NCBI GenBank assembly: GCA_043780835.1
Contig: JAYWCB010000011.1
Coordinates: forward strand, 26,767 to 90,766
DNA length: 64,000 bases
Origin: Minisyncoccota bacterium
Lineage (GTDB): Bacteria > Patescibacteriota > Minisyncoccia > Phycocordibacterales > UBA2100
Reading direction: 5' to 3'
Position numbers and translations under genes: made by a program. This document shows positions 23,501 to 30,366 of this stretch, in pieces. Every line of letters starts with the position of its first letter. Within the stretch, counting starts at the first letter, position 1. The notes below the pieces were generated by a model. The model was not told the DNA's origin and did no database searches. It worked only from the letters and a program-made list of their open reading frames with translations.

Positions 23501-26500
23501 AGCACCTTTAAAGCATCAAACACAGGCGCGTTTGATGTGGGAGGAAGTTGGCAAAACAATGGATCATTCCTGCATCAGAACGGTTCACTTAATTTCAATT
23601 CTTCTGCGACTGGAAACACAGTGAACCCGGGATCGAGTTCCTTCTACGATCTTTCATTCAATAATGTAGCTGGTGGATGGACTATCGCACAGAACGCAAC
23701 GACGTCTCGACATTTTACTCTCACCCGTGCGACGAATTTCACTCTCGCGAGCGGCAAGTCGCTCTCAGTCGGCGGCACGTTTACCAACGGTGTCGGCGGT
23801 GCTGCTACTACGTGGGCAACAACCACTCTTTCTCTCACATCGGGTACCGCGTACGCGATGAATACAAAATCTGTTTCAGGAGATGTATACGGCACGCTCT
23901 CGGTAAGCTCCAACACCAATGTGAATATGTGGAATTCGAGCGCGGCAACAACGACTGTCGCATCCGGCAGTTCACTGTATTCGCAAAACAATGCAAGCGT
24001 GTCCGGTGATCTCTACATATGGGGCGATTACTCGCGCTCGTCGGGCACTGAGTATTGGGATTACGCCACCGACTTCGACGGCACGTCGCTTGCAACGTCT
24101 ACGCCTCGGGCGGTCACCGTGCGCATCGCAACCTCCTCAACACTCACGTTCACAGGGGGAACGCTCGAAATACTCGGAACCACAACTGCGACCACGTCGA
24201 TTGCAGTACAAGGAAGCGGGCGCTACGCGTTCTCAGTTTCCGGCGGCACGTTGAATGCGCAGTATTACAAAATCCGCGACACCGATATAAACGGACTCAA
24301 TATTACCGGCACGACGGTAGTTACTTCGCTCTCCGACGGTGATTTCCTCCTTGCATCCAACGGAGGTACCACCATGACCGTTGCCGCATCGGTCATCGAT
24401 GCGAATCCGCTCAAGATTATTATGAGAAACAATTTCGCAACGACGTCTGTCATTACCGGCGGATCAAACGTAAAAGAATCGGGCGCTCCTGCAAGTTCGT
24501 GGAAGTTCAATCTTCATTACGGAAATTTCGCGGGCGAGGCATACGATAATGATCCCGCCGGCGATCCGGGATATCTGCGATGGGACGATAGTTCGTCGCA
24601 AATCACCATATCCGGAAAGGTGTATTCCGACGAAGGCACAACCACGAGCGCGGTGTGTAACGGCGTCACGCAAGTCGTTCGTTTGAAAATTCAGGGTGCA
24701 GGAATACTCACCTCATCGTGCAGTGGCACGGGTCTCTATTCGATTCCGGGAGTGGCGTATAATCCCGGCGACGTTATTACGGTGTATCTCGACACCAACG
24801 GCGGCGTACGTGCCGCTACCGTATCACTTGATCCGATCAGTAGTATCGCGAATTTTGATCTCTACGAAAACCGCGTCATTGTTCGGCACGAAGACGTCAA
24901 TCCGATCACGATTGCAAAACTGGCGACCTACGATTCCGACAACGATACCGACATTCCATACAATGCGACTGTGGGGGCACCAAATACGCTCGTGCTTTTG
25001 CCCAATACGAAGCTCATTGTGTGGGACGGCAAAATATTTACACCCGGCGGCAATGTGACGCTGCAAAGCGGCGGATCCGGGAGCGCCTGGGACGGCACGC
25101 TCGAGCTGCGCACCAATGCAACGTGGATCGGTGCGAATAATCAATCGCATTCTATCGGCGGCAGCCTCAGCGTGGATAACGGAGCGTTGCTCACGAGTGC
25201 ATCCTCCACGTTTACCTTTACCGCCACAACATCCGGTAAAACGATTGCGCTGCAGAATTCATCGCTCTTCACTGCTGTCTTCAACGGCGGCGGGGGCAAC
25301 TGGTCGTTCCCGAGCGGTTCTGCGATTGTGCAAAATGATTTCTCGATTGCAACGGGGACTGTTACATTCGGCGTCGGCACCACCACCATCGGCGGATCGT
25401 TGTTCAATAGCGGCGGTATATTCCAGCACAATAACGGTACGATCGTGTTGAACGCGTCCTCAACCGGAAAATCGATAAAGGCAAACGGCAATTCGTTCTA
25501 TAATCTCACGCTCAATGGCAGCGGCGGCGCGTGGACCTTTAGCGATACAAATGCCACCTCGTCGAACAACTTTATTGTTACCAACGGTTCCACCACGCTT
25601 CCGGTGGGTATCTTTGCGGTCGGAGCAGTATTCGACAATTCAGGAACGTTCACTGCCGGCGTCGGTACCGTGAAGCTCATTGCAACCGCGAGTGGAAAAA
25701 ATCTGAAAGCCGGAGGTTCATCGTTCTACAACCTTACACTCGACGGCATTGGTGGTGTCTGGAGCTTCCTTGATGCGAACGCCACGACCACCCGCGACTT
25801 CACAATTACCAACGGATCAACGACGCTTCCGAGTAGCACGTTCAACGTCGGGGGCTCATTTGTGAATGCGGGTGCATTCAGTGCAGGCACCGGTCTCGTT
25901 ACGTTGAGCGCAACGACGACGGGTAAATTAATAACCGCAAGCTCATCCACGTTCTACGATCTCACACTCAATAGCGCAGCCGGCGGTTGGACGATAACGG
26001 GCAACGCCACATCCTCAAATAATTTCTCATTGACGAATGCCGCAAGCTTTACGCTCACCAGCGGTAAAACCCTCGCAGTCGGCGGCGCCTTTACCAACGG
26101 TGTCGGAGGTGCGCCAACAACATGGGCAACCACCACGCTCTCTTTGTATTCGGGTACCGGATATAGCATGAACACAAAAACGACCGGCGGTGATACATAT
26201 GGCACACTGCTCGTCGCATCGAGCACAAACATTCGATTGTGGAATTCCAGTGCAGCAACCACAACCGTTCTTGGCTCCGGCTCCGTATATTCGCAAAACA
26301 ACGCCAATGTTCCCGGCGATCTCTATATATGGGGCACCTATGCGCATTCCTCCGGTACAGAGTATTGGGATTACGCGACCGACTTCGACGGCACCGCACT
26401 CGGCGGATCGTCACGCGCGGTCAATGTGCGTATTGCCACGTCATCCTCGCTCAGCTTTAGCGGCGGAACACTCGAGGTGTTGGGTACCGCGTCGGCTACG

Positions 26501-29212
26501 ACGACCATACAAAATCAAGGCCTCGGCCGTTACGCGTTTGCGATTTCCGGCGGCACCGTAAATGCGCAGTACTATCAAGTACGTAACACCGATCCGAGCG
26601 GTATTAATTTCACAGGATCACCGACGCTCACGTCGCTCGATGCGGGAGATCTCGAGCTCGGTGTTTCCGGCGGCGCTCTCATAACAGTCGCCGGCTCAGT
26701 GATCGATGCCAACGCGAGCAAAGTGATTACCAATGTACGCTTTGCGACGTCGACGGGCATACTTGCCGGAAACAACATCGTGCGAACCGGATCTCCGATC
26801 TCGGCGTGGACCTTTACGAGTCACTACGGAAACATTGCCGGCGAAGCCTACGACACTGACGGTGTTGACGCCTGCGGCGCATTACGATGGAGCGATTCCG
26901 TCTGTCTGTTTGTAAGTCAGGAACATTACCGATGGCGCAATGACGACGGCGGCGACGGTGCACCGAACACGGAATGGTACAGCCTCTCATGGGCAAAGCG
27001 CGAAAAAATCGCAATCTCGAATCCGAATGGTTCCGTACTCACCAGTCAGCCGGTTAAGATAATCATTCCGTACACGTCGTCGATGCAGAGTAACTTCAGT
27101 GATCTGCGTTTCACCGATTCATCCGGTACGACAACCATCCCGTATTGGATAGAAAAATACACCGCATCTGCCTCATCAACAGTGTGGGTAAAAGTACCGT
27201 CGCTGCCTGCATCGGGTTCGGCAAATGTGTATATGTATTATGGCAACAATGCCGTTACCGACGGATCAAGCGGCACGACGACGTTTAAGACCTTCGAAGA
27301 TTTTGAATCAAACAGCATCTCGGGATACTCAGGAAATACAACAATGTTCCAGACCGCGGTTACGTTCAATCACAACCACTCCTACGGGCTCGATGCCGGC
27401 TCAAGTGCTGCGCTGAAAACTACGACGGGACTCTATAAAACAGGTTCACTGATTGCGCAGGGCGACACCCTTCGCTTCTATCAGTATGTCGATTCCACAC
27501 AAACGGATGAACCGTGTACGCTCTTTGCGGTGGGAGGATCCGGATCGAACTACGCGGTGTGTCTCGATCAGTACCCGACAGCAAAAGTCGTAATCTCAAA
27601 GGATGTGACGGCCAACGATCAAAGTGGAACCGTACTCGCGTCTACCACCGTTACGTATACGACCGGGTGGTACGAGGTGGTCGTTGATTGGTTGGCGACA
27701 AATGTAATTAACGTAAACGTGTATACAGACACCGGCACACTCTTCGCCACGACAAGCGTTACCGATTCTTCCCATACTGCCGCGGGAGGCTACGGATTTT
27801 CATACTGGTTCATGCATGGCGGATGGGATTTCCTGAGCGTGCGTCCGTACATTGCGAGTCAGCCCACGTATGTGATCGGCACCGAGCAGGTGAGTGGCGG
27901 TGCTTCGTGGAAGGTTGCCGAAGACACACTCGTGCCGAATCTTTCTGCCGGGCAAAACGTGCGCTTACGTTTCTCGATTCAAGACTCGGGTGCATCGGTC
28001 TTTGGTCAACTGTACCGATTGCAGTACGCACCGAAGGGCGTCTCTTTGAATTGTGAATCAGTCGCGCACAGTAATTACAGCGACGTTCCCACAACCTCAG
28101 GCGCCGGTTGTGGTTCCGCTGCCGCGTGTATGACAACCACGGCCCAATACTCCGACGGTGCGAGCACCGCCGGATTGCTTTCGTATCCTGCGGCGATGAG
28201 TTTTATAAATGGTCACGTGGTATCAGATCCATCGCAACAAACGGCGAGCTCAACAATTGCCGCATCGGCAGCTAGCGAAGTCGAATATAATCTCCAGATA
28301 AAAGCGGCGGCAACGGCAAATGCGTACTGCTTCCGCGTTGCAAACGATGGTCCCAATAGCAATTCGAATTTCGATCTCGACAACTACGCGCACGTGGCCG
28401 AAGCAACGATGGCGTACGCGCCGACAATCTCAAATTTTAACTGGCCGCTCAGCTACATTCTCTCGGGCATCGCGCTCACCGAAGGCACGACGACCACTGT
28501 CTCTGCGACGGGTACCGTCACGGACTATAACGGCTACGCTGATATCGTGAGTGCGACATCATCTATCTATCGCTCGGGCGTCGGTTCGTCGTGCACATCG
28601 AATAGCAACAACTGCTATCCGATTCCTGCGTGCACGCTCTCGAATTGCGCGGGTACTTCGTGCACGATTACATGCTCGGCGAATGTACAGTATCTTGCGG
28701 ATCCGACGGACGTGGGCAGTGCAAATAGTGCAGAAAATTGGCTCGCATCGTTGCGCATCCAGGATTCAATCGGATTATCTGCCACAAGCAGTACCTCGGG
28801 TGCAGAAATAAATACACTCTTCGGACTCACCGTGAATACCGGCGCGATCGACTTCGGAGCGCTCTCCGTCGGTACCGATACCGGCACATTCAATGCAACG
28901 TCCACGGTCGTGAATACCGGCAATGCAATCATCGATATTCAACTTTCAGGCACCGATCTTGCGGGATCAAATGGTTCTCTTGCAGTCGGACAGCAGCGGT
29001 ATGCGACGAGCACATTTACCTATGGGTCGTGCTCCGTGTGTCAGTTCTTGACCGGTAGTTCGACTCCGGTCGATGTGAATATTCCCAAAGCAACCACAAC
29101 GGCTACGTCCACTCAAACCCAGACGAGCCTCTTCTGGGGCATCAACGTGCCCATTGGAACGACTGCTGAATTGCACCAGGGAACCAATACCTTCATCGCG
29201 GTACACAATTAA
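11588..29212 (+). CDS. Giant (5,874 aa) S/T/G-rich modular surface protein with FN3-like repeats, beta-solenoid repeats, DUF2341-like domain and C-terminal subunit-like domain
   Basis: Uninterrupted 17.6-kb ORF; N-terminal basic plus hydrophobic segment; GTTYWWRVRA twice; YW.YATDFDG unit three times; F.DLRFTD...YWIE...WVKVP...YMYYGN. Confidence 0.92.
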   Translation: MFPSGILKKRRAQRVLAALLVLGILAYLAYSSSDLVGAFGGTREAHIFSTSVSAQGWDHSERAISQDLPANAPLESFNDTNSAVAVMVAVPNANSGGSGNDTGTTTPQEIHSDASSTPTIATSSPSETTAPQQSAPNPAQPAQIVAPATPPVVTPPTDTPAIHESIPSQTPPATDPGPTSLIRQFIHTTEEIVFAPFVPTVFATTSDASSSPDAPSLPQDSTSKDEYVASCFLQQTECHTLAFSGFGVTGDITKKHFKHALVNFSFADSAGRENGTLDDKLEVRYYHAGKWKQAGEMYLNKDLSNESNGGYFSAPLDDITDWQSLDDLKVVIEYVRADTGKSTRLYLDSLWINAQYTDTVLNILNGSADQATDSSDNVSLSLRGQDDAHRTLVLPDGNNISFNFTDDLDDGLPMRSDRKVYTSDASSSDGLFRSTVYVSVSNPGDSPDSFTWSGAFFEGKGSVTGISQFLRNVASSTEASVQNDVTYLCDSQWQSATTTGSYSCSATGEVHQCSWLNATKQNCLESDVTVATSSSVAYLNDWVPQDIEVVQSADDTKLPNGYKTKNRTRKSFDILPGQTLYFRVQLETTQPDPQKFYLYVNGGTKSGDLESARLKKESDLVAQKNRKGTVHKGVPHVKRAQLNDQLSEKTEFNADDRPSFEFKFKTQRGLFTRIKDRLLGTKVAFEIKDTKIEDANGDETRLPVDINYGSDETWNLTLGSPTREIKPGKYTIDMTIIEAGHTYTDTVDFFWGVLAENTDKATYEPGENAHFEMAALTDSGNTMCDASLVLSITAPSGEITDVPVQNGLGCGMNNVTDQPDYFADYTVDEIGTSTVTLSRLDQNGSVINSVTDVFYVEVAPALSVSRTGPTRIYPIATYPMSIEVTANEAFTGTVTESLPEGFTVPDAGGATLTRDKGVVYLTWNVSLAVGETADFSYVFDAPDASPYLYLLGPLKFTRSDGSGFEEGRTWKVASDAVPVATGVAWLTGTSTTNGNDLNNNTPFALQFDKSEDYDDAYYSHSTSTSPSRLTVNIAGDYLVAVNVPWERADTSRNPTTLEVDIRVNGAKQTVGVGRSYTLTRSGVGESSSHVYALVRNLSVGDYIEAYSHTITTVTAGDVMLVGTRASMYVEYIPSTETVYTATATTTVADTNLNTTGATKVVWYDGRKDTGYTHANATTSSPENVTIAATGDYMTFINIPLNGAVAGENVRARVVLNGVVVTGGNFKQGYISNSAGATQSSLQWSGVVHATSSNSVFTVDVQQEGAAGTMTVGSDVGSLFMQKLPSTDVYFGSGQTLSGGGTNFNITPAQSIRYATDTVADLNAYTHSTTTNSHQVTVKKAGDYLLAINDSLSGAVTRGNIIIQVQKNGVDVSGAATKNHYMSGVSTHSEYSGSLVFMLRDLAVNDVISVTTVLTGTAGTVTADEGASIMLWRKNPQSLYQQNTYRWYANVNGEPPTDPWPSGAVDVLQGDPITNGIPIKSSDVVRLRMNLLAVSTTTAFADSFKLQYAAGSTCSAALSWTDVGAIGSGAIWRGYDNAGVTNNTTLSSTTLTNSNVKESYVEQNPSTTTPNGVGTGQNAEYDWTLQDNGATVGGDYCFRMVDATTGQGLKSYLDYPALTTNSTPDIPVLAAPFDNEKSTSTTPWFDFAAAEINGENVHYEVQVSTDPNFGTTLLDRDSFTNYVEFQNTTSPANKSPFNQSDKIRFIPTTALSNGTTYWWRVRAKDPTGTNTYGSWSISRSVTVDTSVTVSTWHQTTQAQFLEDQLLSATTTIANDVQISGVLATSTVISPQINFSGMTYGNTWGSLTWNDAHVLGTIMYQVQYFTSTSSWALIPDTDLPGNSLGTSTQPISLANLDVTTYGALRVVANMTRTTGTPTLFDWTVNTALSVTKPVLSKPFDNEKTATTTPTFQFISTDPQSDRLRYQVEWSTDSAFGTGTFRISGTNAGFSNTASSTDTDPFTQNNTIQFQLQSADVLTNGTTYWWRVRAIDPTGGNAFSQWSAGNSFTVDTSLAVSTWFQTTQAQFAKDTFIRTIASTSNSVISSVDTGKIAIFRTATAGEALTTSVFTHGFDTTVRRDDVYALSGTTTVGLKKGHYAVLYSTRFDSTGGTNRTDAQTNLNIAGVNSPIGWSSSYLRRLNGAQEGFNAGGGIIYAPADSTQVLLQSFRTDANVAATETRVASTTLQFVKLDDAWDYVRLGKKVKQTGPTSASWLTISYDRQDELDTGSFDHTVGSGNITLKSVGHYLIFANTYGSLATGSTIPSQVKQKIILNGADVEGSFTTVYMNGNANGNAVYQGAAAIGMIIESTTTNTVLNVQLARSIGTSAWSIDADNTGAYVDRTGVTIVKIPDGSFVRLQNSSAININTATTSAYVWDTENEKDASFTHSNSTNNSRITATVAGDYLLFGNLFAQGANLTDGEPGFSWAKNAALIPYGVSGTYSANITTSDAGNWSGMIMPSVVNGDFFEFMSEAYGLAGSMPGDRKALEGMRIASLTEADTNPVTVESQSINFSDGTGPKWATFSWSATQPASTSLKMQLEYLNASGTYALVPDNAGFIAGYLNSVGTTSTSTINISGLSRITYATIRGLATFTCGNNNCPTLDDWTASWAQGIQISGTAKKFDETTNVTSGTVAVAVNGVLQAGKTGTISAGVWTIANVTAFTGDVITVYISGAADPNEAVAVSKYLTTGDVTGMELYEDHLSLGSNDNPTLTNADIDLYDNSTSGNEDIFDNVTAGPDLLVCAITGCSGNKLYIRVGTTFEPNVSLSRSVTTKDISIKGILIADGNSINVSGSWADSGQFAKGNSTVNFTATSTTESVDFTGATSTSFNNATFGSSGTATWNLLSALDVTGTLTINNGTLSQNGNHLITLSGDLTIGSSGAFTKGTASTTFNGTTSKIWTDSSASKQDLGDVFIDGAAKTVTLGSSVKATNITIGADDTFNLGGANTVTVNGNWTNNNAFVPQTGTVLFAAMTTGNTITPGTSGFYNLTFNGSGGNWAFSGATASITNDFTVTNGTITLPTGTTTIAGNFSNSATFQHNNGTVLLTAASAKTITTGASTFYDLTFNGSGSWSFTAANATSSRNVTITTGTVTMPSGTFAIGGFFAKNGGSFTHNSGTLKFTATTAQTLKLGGSDANNLTFSGVGGSWSFADTNATSTGTFRIENGTTTLPSGLFTVAGSWTIAGGAFVHNSGTVKFNAGSSGQTIQPNGSNFFNIDFNGASGGWTIAQSATSTNNFTLTNAATFTLGSGFSLGVGGTFTNAVAPATTTWSGSTLTLYSGGTYSINTKSNAGDTYATLVISSTTKISMWNSSASTSTVSSGSYLYSQNNAAVSGDLYIAGVYTRSSGTEYWSYATDFDGTALGGSSRRVNVRVATSSTLTFSGGTLQILGSASASTTIDNQGSGAYAFAVSGGTLNAQYYQVRNTDLNGLNISGATSISSLSDGDFQLGVNGGTMIKVASTVIDANVAFQILRNRFATSSGVSVGSNVTETGVPGSYWWFRSHYGNYAGESFDNDPKVSDGGNPGYIRWDDSNLSINISGRVYSDHGSTVIGNPPCDGVTPVVKLVVNSGTSYTAACNAGTGLYTISGVTVVGDVVLTAFLDTNGGTRAVTISRTPSADIANFDLYQDVVIVRHEDVTPITIAQLAFYDSTKDTDIPFTASTSTPPSTLAVKPGTELYVWAGKTFTPGGNVTLQSGGNGNIRDGRLMLATSSAYLATGSETHAIGGGLSLASGDTFGTASSTFTFTATTTNKSFNSSIALSFYNLVFNGTGGGWSLDSAATTSVTNSFAMTAGTLSGTGDMNITSGSATGGGTIAMTGGTLQLTGSGSIGSASSWTFNNLILGSGAVDSTSKTGVGTTTVSGMLRITSGQTLNASSTNWVFTGGGSPFVVNGTFNVQSAPFFFTSNASTTIADVTYAMLTLAPASAGTPVYTLKGGALSASVLTLGGVNPVLVDADFNDPSIGITGTVTIGAGSTFKASNTGAFDVGGSWQNNGSFLHQNGSLNFNSSATGNTVNPGSSSFYDLSFNNVAGGWTIAQNATTSRHFTLTRATNFTLASGKSLSVGGTFTNGVGGAATTWATTTLSLTSGTAYAMNTKSVSGDVYGTLSVSSNTNVNMWNSSAATTTVASGSSLYSQNNASVSGDLYIWGDYSRSSGTEYWDYATDFDGTSLATSTPRAVTVRIATSSTLTFTGGTLEILGTTTATTSIAVQGSGRYAFSVSGGTLNAQYYKIRDTDINGLNITGTTVVTSLSDGDFLLASNGGTTMTVAASVIDANPLKIIMRNNFATTSVITGGSNVKESGAPASSWKFNLHYGNFAGEAYDNDPAGDPGYLRWDDSSSQITISGKVYSDEGTTTSAVCNGVTQVVRLKIQGAGILTSSCSGTGLYSIPGVAYNPGDVITVYLDTNGGVRAATVSLDPISSIANFDLYENRVIVRHEDVNPITIAKLATYDSDNDTDIPYNATVGAPNTLVLLPNTKLIVWDGKIFTPGGNVTLQSGGSGSAWDGTLELRTNATWIGANNQSHSIGGSLSVDNGALLTSASSTFTFTATTSGKTIALQNSSLFTAVFNGGGGNWSFPSGSAIVQNDFSIATGTVTFGVGTTTIGGSLFNSGGIFQHNNGTIVLNASSTGKSIKANGNSFYNLTLNGSGGAWTFSDTNATSSNNFIVTNGSTTLPVGIFAVGAVFDNSGTFTAGVGTVKLIATASGKNLKAGGSSFYNLTLDGIGGVWSFLDANATTTRDFTITNGSTTLPSSTFNVGGSFVNAGAFSAGTGLVTLSATTTGKLITASSSTFYDLTLNSAAGGWTITGNATSSNNFSLTNAASFTLTSGKTLAVGGAFTNGVGGAPTTWATTTLSLYSGTGYSMNTKTTGGDTYGTLLVASSTNIRLWNSSAATTTVLGSGSVYSQNNANVPGDLYIWGTYAHSSGTEYWDYATDFDGTALGGSSRAVNVRIATSSSLSFSGGTLEVLGTASATTTIQNQGLGRYAFAISGGTVNAQYYQVRNTDPSGINFTGSPTLTSLDAGDLELGVSGGALITVAGSVIDANASKVITNVRFATSTGILAGNNIVRTGSPISAWTFTSHYGNIAGEAYDTDGVDACGALRWSDSVCLFVSQEHYRWRNDDGGDGAPNTEWYSLSWAKREKIAISNPNGSVLTSQPVKIIIPYTSSMQSNFSDLRFTDSSGTTTIPYWIEKYTASASSTVWVKVPSLPASGSANVYMYYGNNAVTDGSSGTTTFKTFEDFESNSISGYSGNTTMFQTAVTFNHNHSYGLDAGSSAALKTTTGLYKTGSLIAQGDTLRFYQYVDSTQTDEPCTLFAVGGSGSNYAVCLDQYPTAKVVISKDVTANDQSGTVLASTTVTYTTGWYEVVVDWLATNVINVNVYTDTGTLFATTSVTDSSHTAAGGYGFSYWFMHGGWDFLSVRPYIASQPTYVIGTEQVSGGASWKVAEDTLVPNLSAGQNVRLRFSIQDSGASVFGQLYRLQYAPKGVSLNCESVAHSNYSDVPTTSGAGCGSAAACMTTTAQYSDGASTAGLLSYPAAMSFINGHVVSDPSQQTASSTIAASAASEVEYNLQIKAAATANAYCFRVANDGPNSNSNFDLDNYAHVAEATMAYAPTISNFNWPLSYILSGIALTEGTTTTVSATGTVTDYNGYADIVSATSSIYRSGVGSSCTSNSNNCYPIPACTLSNCAGTSCTITCSANVQYLADPTDVGSANSAENWLASLRIQDSIGLSATSSTSGAEINTLFGLTVNTGAIDFGALSVGTDTGTFNATSTVVNTGNAIIDIQLSGTDLAGSNGSLAVGQQRYATSTFTYGSCSVCQFLTGSSTPVDVNIPKATTTATSTQTQTSLFWGINVPIGTTAELHQGTNTFIAVHN

Positions 29213-29215
29213 TAT

Positions 29216-29908
29216 ATGCACAAGGCTCCAACTCATTCGATAGGCAGACGGCGGCGAGTGACTGCGCTTGTCATCATTATTCTTTTGGTGGTTATTGCGT
29301 TTGCGCTCACCGTATATATCACCGGACATCGATTAAAATCAGAGTACGATACATTCATCGCAGCGGAAGCAGATTTTGAGACTGCCGCAAACAAACCGGC
29401 TTCCGGATCGAATCCGGTCCGCCAACAAGTCGGATACCTGCTTTCGCAAGTGGTGCAAGTAACCATGTCACCTGAAGAGCGACTCAAACTGTCTCGCGAA
29501 GGCATTGCTCATTTAAACGATCTTGAGGGACAGATTGATGCAATTCAAACAGCGGGTGAGCGGGTTTCTCCGCTGTTGGATACGTTGGCAAAAACCGCAT
29601 CATCACCCGTTCATATCCAAAAACGCGCAGGTTTGAATGAGATTATTGCGCTCAGTCGTAAAAACGCACTCATCATTGCCGATATTCGTGGCTTGTCGTA
29701 TCGCGCCGATTACTACACCGACGAAGTATTTGAGCGCATTATTGATGATCAGGGGAACATGACTGACGAGCACAAGACCCACCTCAACGACCTCATCCCG
29801 GATCTCGAAACGCAATTTAATCGCCGGACCAATCTCTATACCGACCTCAAGAAAAACAGTGATCGAATACATGCGATTGCAAAAGATCTCGGCTATGCAG
29901 TTCAGTAA
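29216..29908 (+). CDS. N-terminally anchored helical hypothetical protein
   Basis: RRRR plus TM, then predicted helical body; starts 3 nt after the giant gene. Confidence 0.75.
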   Translation: MHKAPTHSIGRRRRVTALVIIILLVVIAFALTVYITGHRLKSEYDTFIAAEADFETAANKPASGSNPVRQQVGYLLSQVVQVTMSPEERLKLSREGIAHLNDLEGQIDAIQTAGERVSPLLDTLAKTASSPVHIQKRAGLNEIIALSRKNALIIADIRGLSYRADYYTDEVFERIIDDQGNMTDEHKTHLNDLIPDLETQFNRRTNLYTDLKKNSDRIHAIAKDLGYAVQ

Positions 29909-29956
29909 TACGTGGGGATGGCAGGAGCGCGGGCATAGAGTACAATGGTTTCGACT

Positions 29957-30289
29957 ATGGAGGATACATATATAGAACATTCACACGAGAATTCGCGACG
30001 TCGTTCGGGAGCCGTGATGAGAAGCATCGAGTCGTTGTTTGAATTTGTAACAAGCAGTCTCAGGATCATTGCGCACGAAAAAGCATTGTTTATGGGTGTT
30101 GCACTCACTCTGGTAGGACTCTTAAGCTTTGAAAGCGGAAAGTTCTGCGACGGAAATACCGCTGATTATCTTTCGTGCACACGACCGTCAACGTATTACT
30201 TTTTTAGCCCGCTCGAGATTACGATTATCGTCATCGGGGTATTTTTCATTTTGATCTGGTTGCTCGGACGACCAAAGCATCGTTCCTGA
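29957..30289 (+). CDS. Small two-TM protein with Cys pair in the loop
   Basis: TM-KFCDGNTADYLSCTRP-TM. Confidence 0.7.
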   Translation: MEDTYIEHSHENSRRRSGAVMRSIESLFEFVTSSLRIIAHEKALFMGVALTLVGLLSFESGKFCDGNTADYLSCTRPSTYYFFSPLEITIIVIGVFFILIWLLGRPKHRS

Positions 30290-30366
30290 TTTTTTTCCAC
30301 GCGATAAAAATAGTGTGCGTACTCGGGTGATACAATTTAACGGTGCGGAGTGCACTGTTTTTCGAT

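Noticed and set aside
15988-26778. Many 60-230 aa antisense V/P/L-rich ORFs within the giant gene
   Set aside because: Shadows of Thr/Gly/Asn-rich sense codons; no motifs or expression signals
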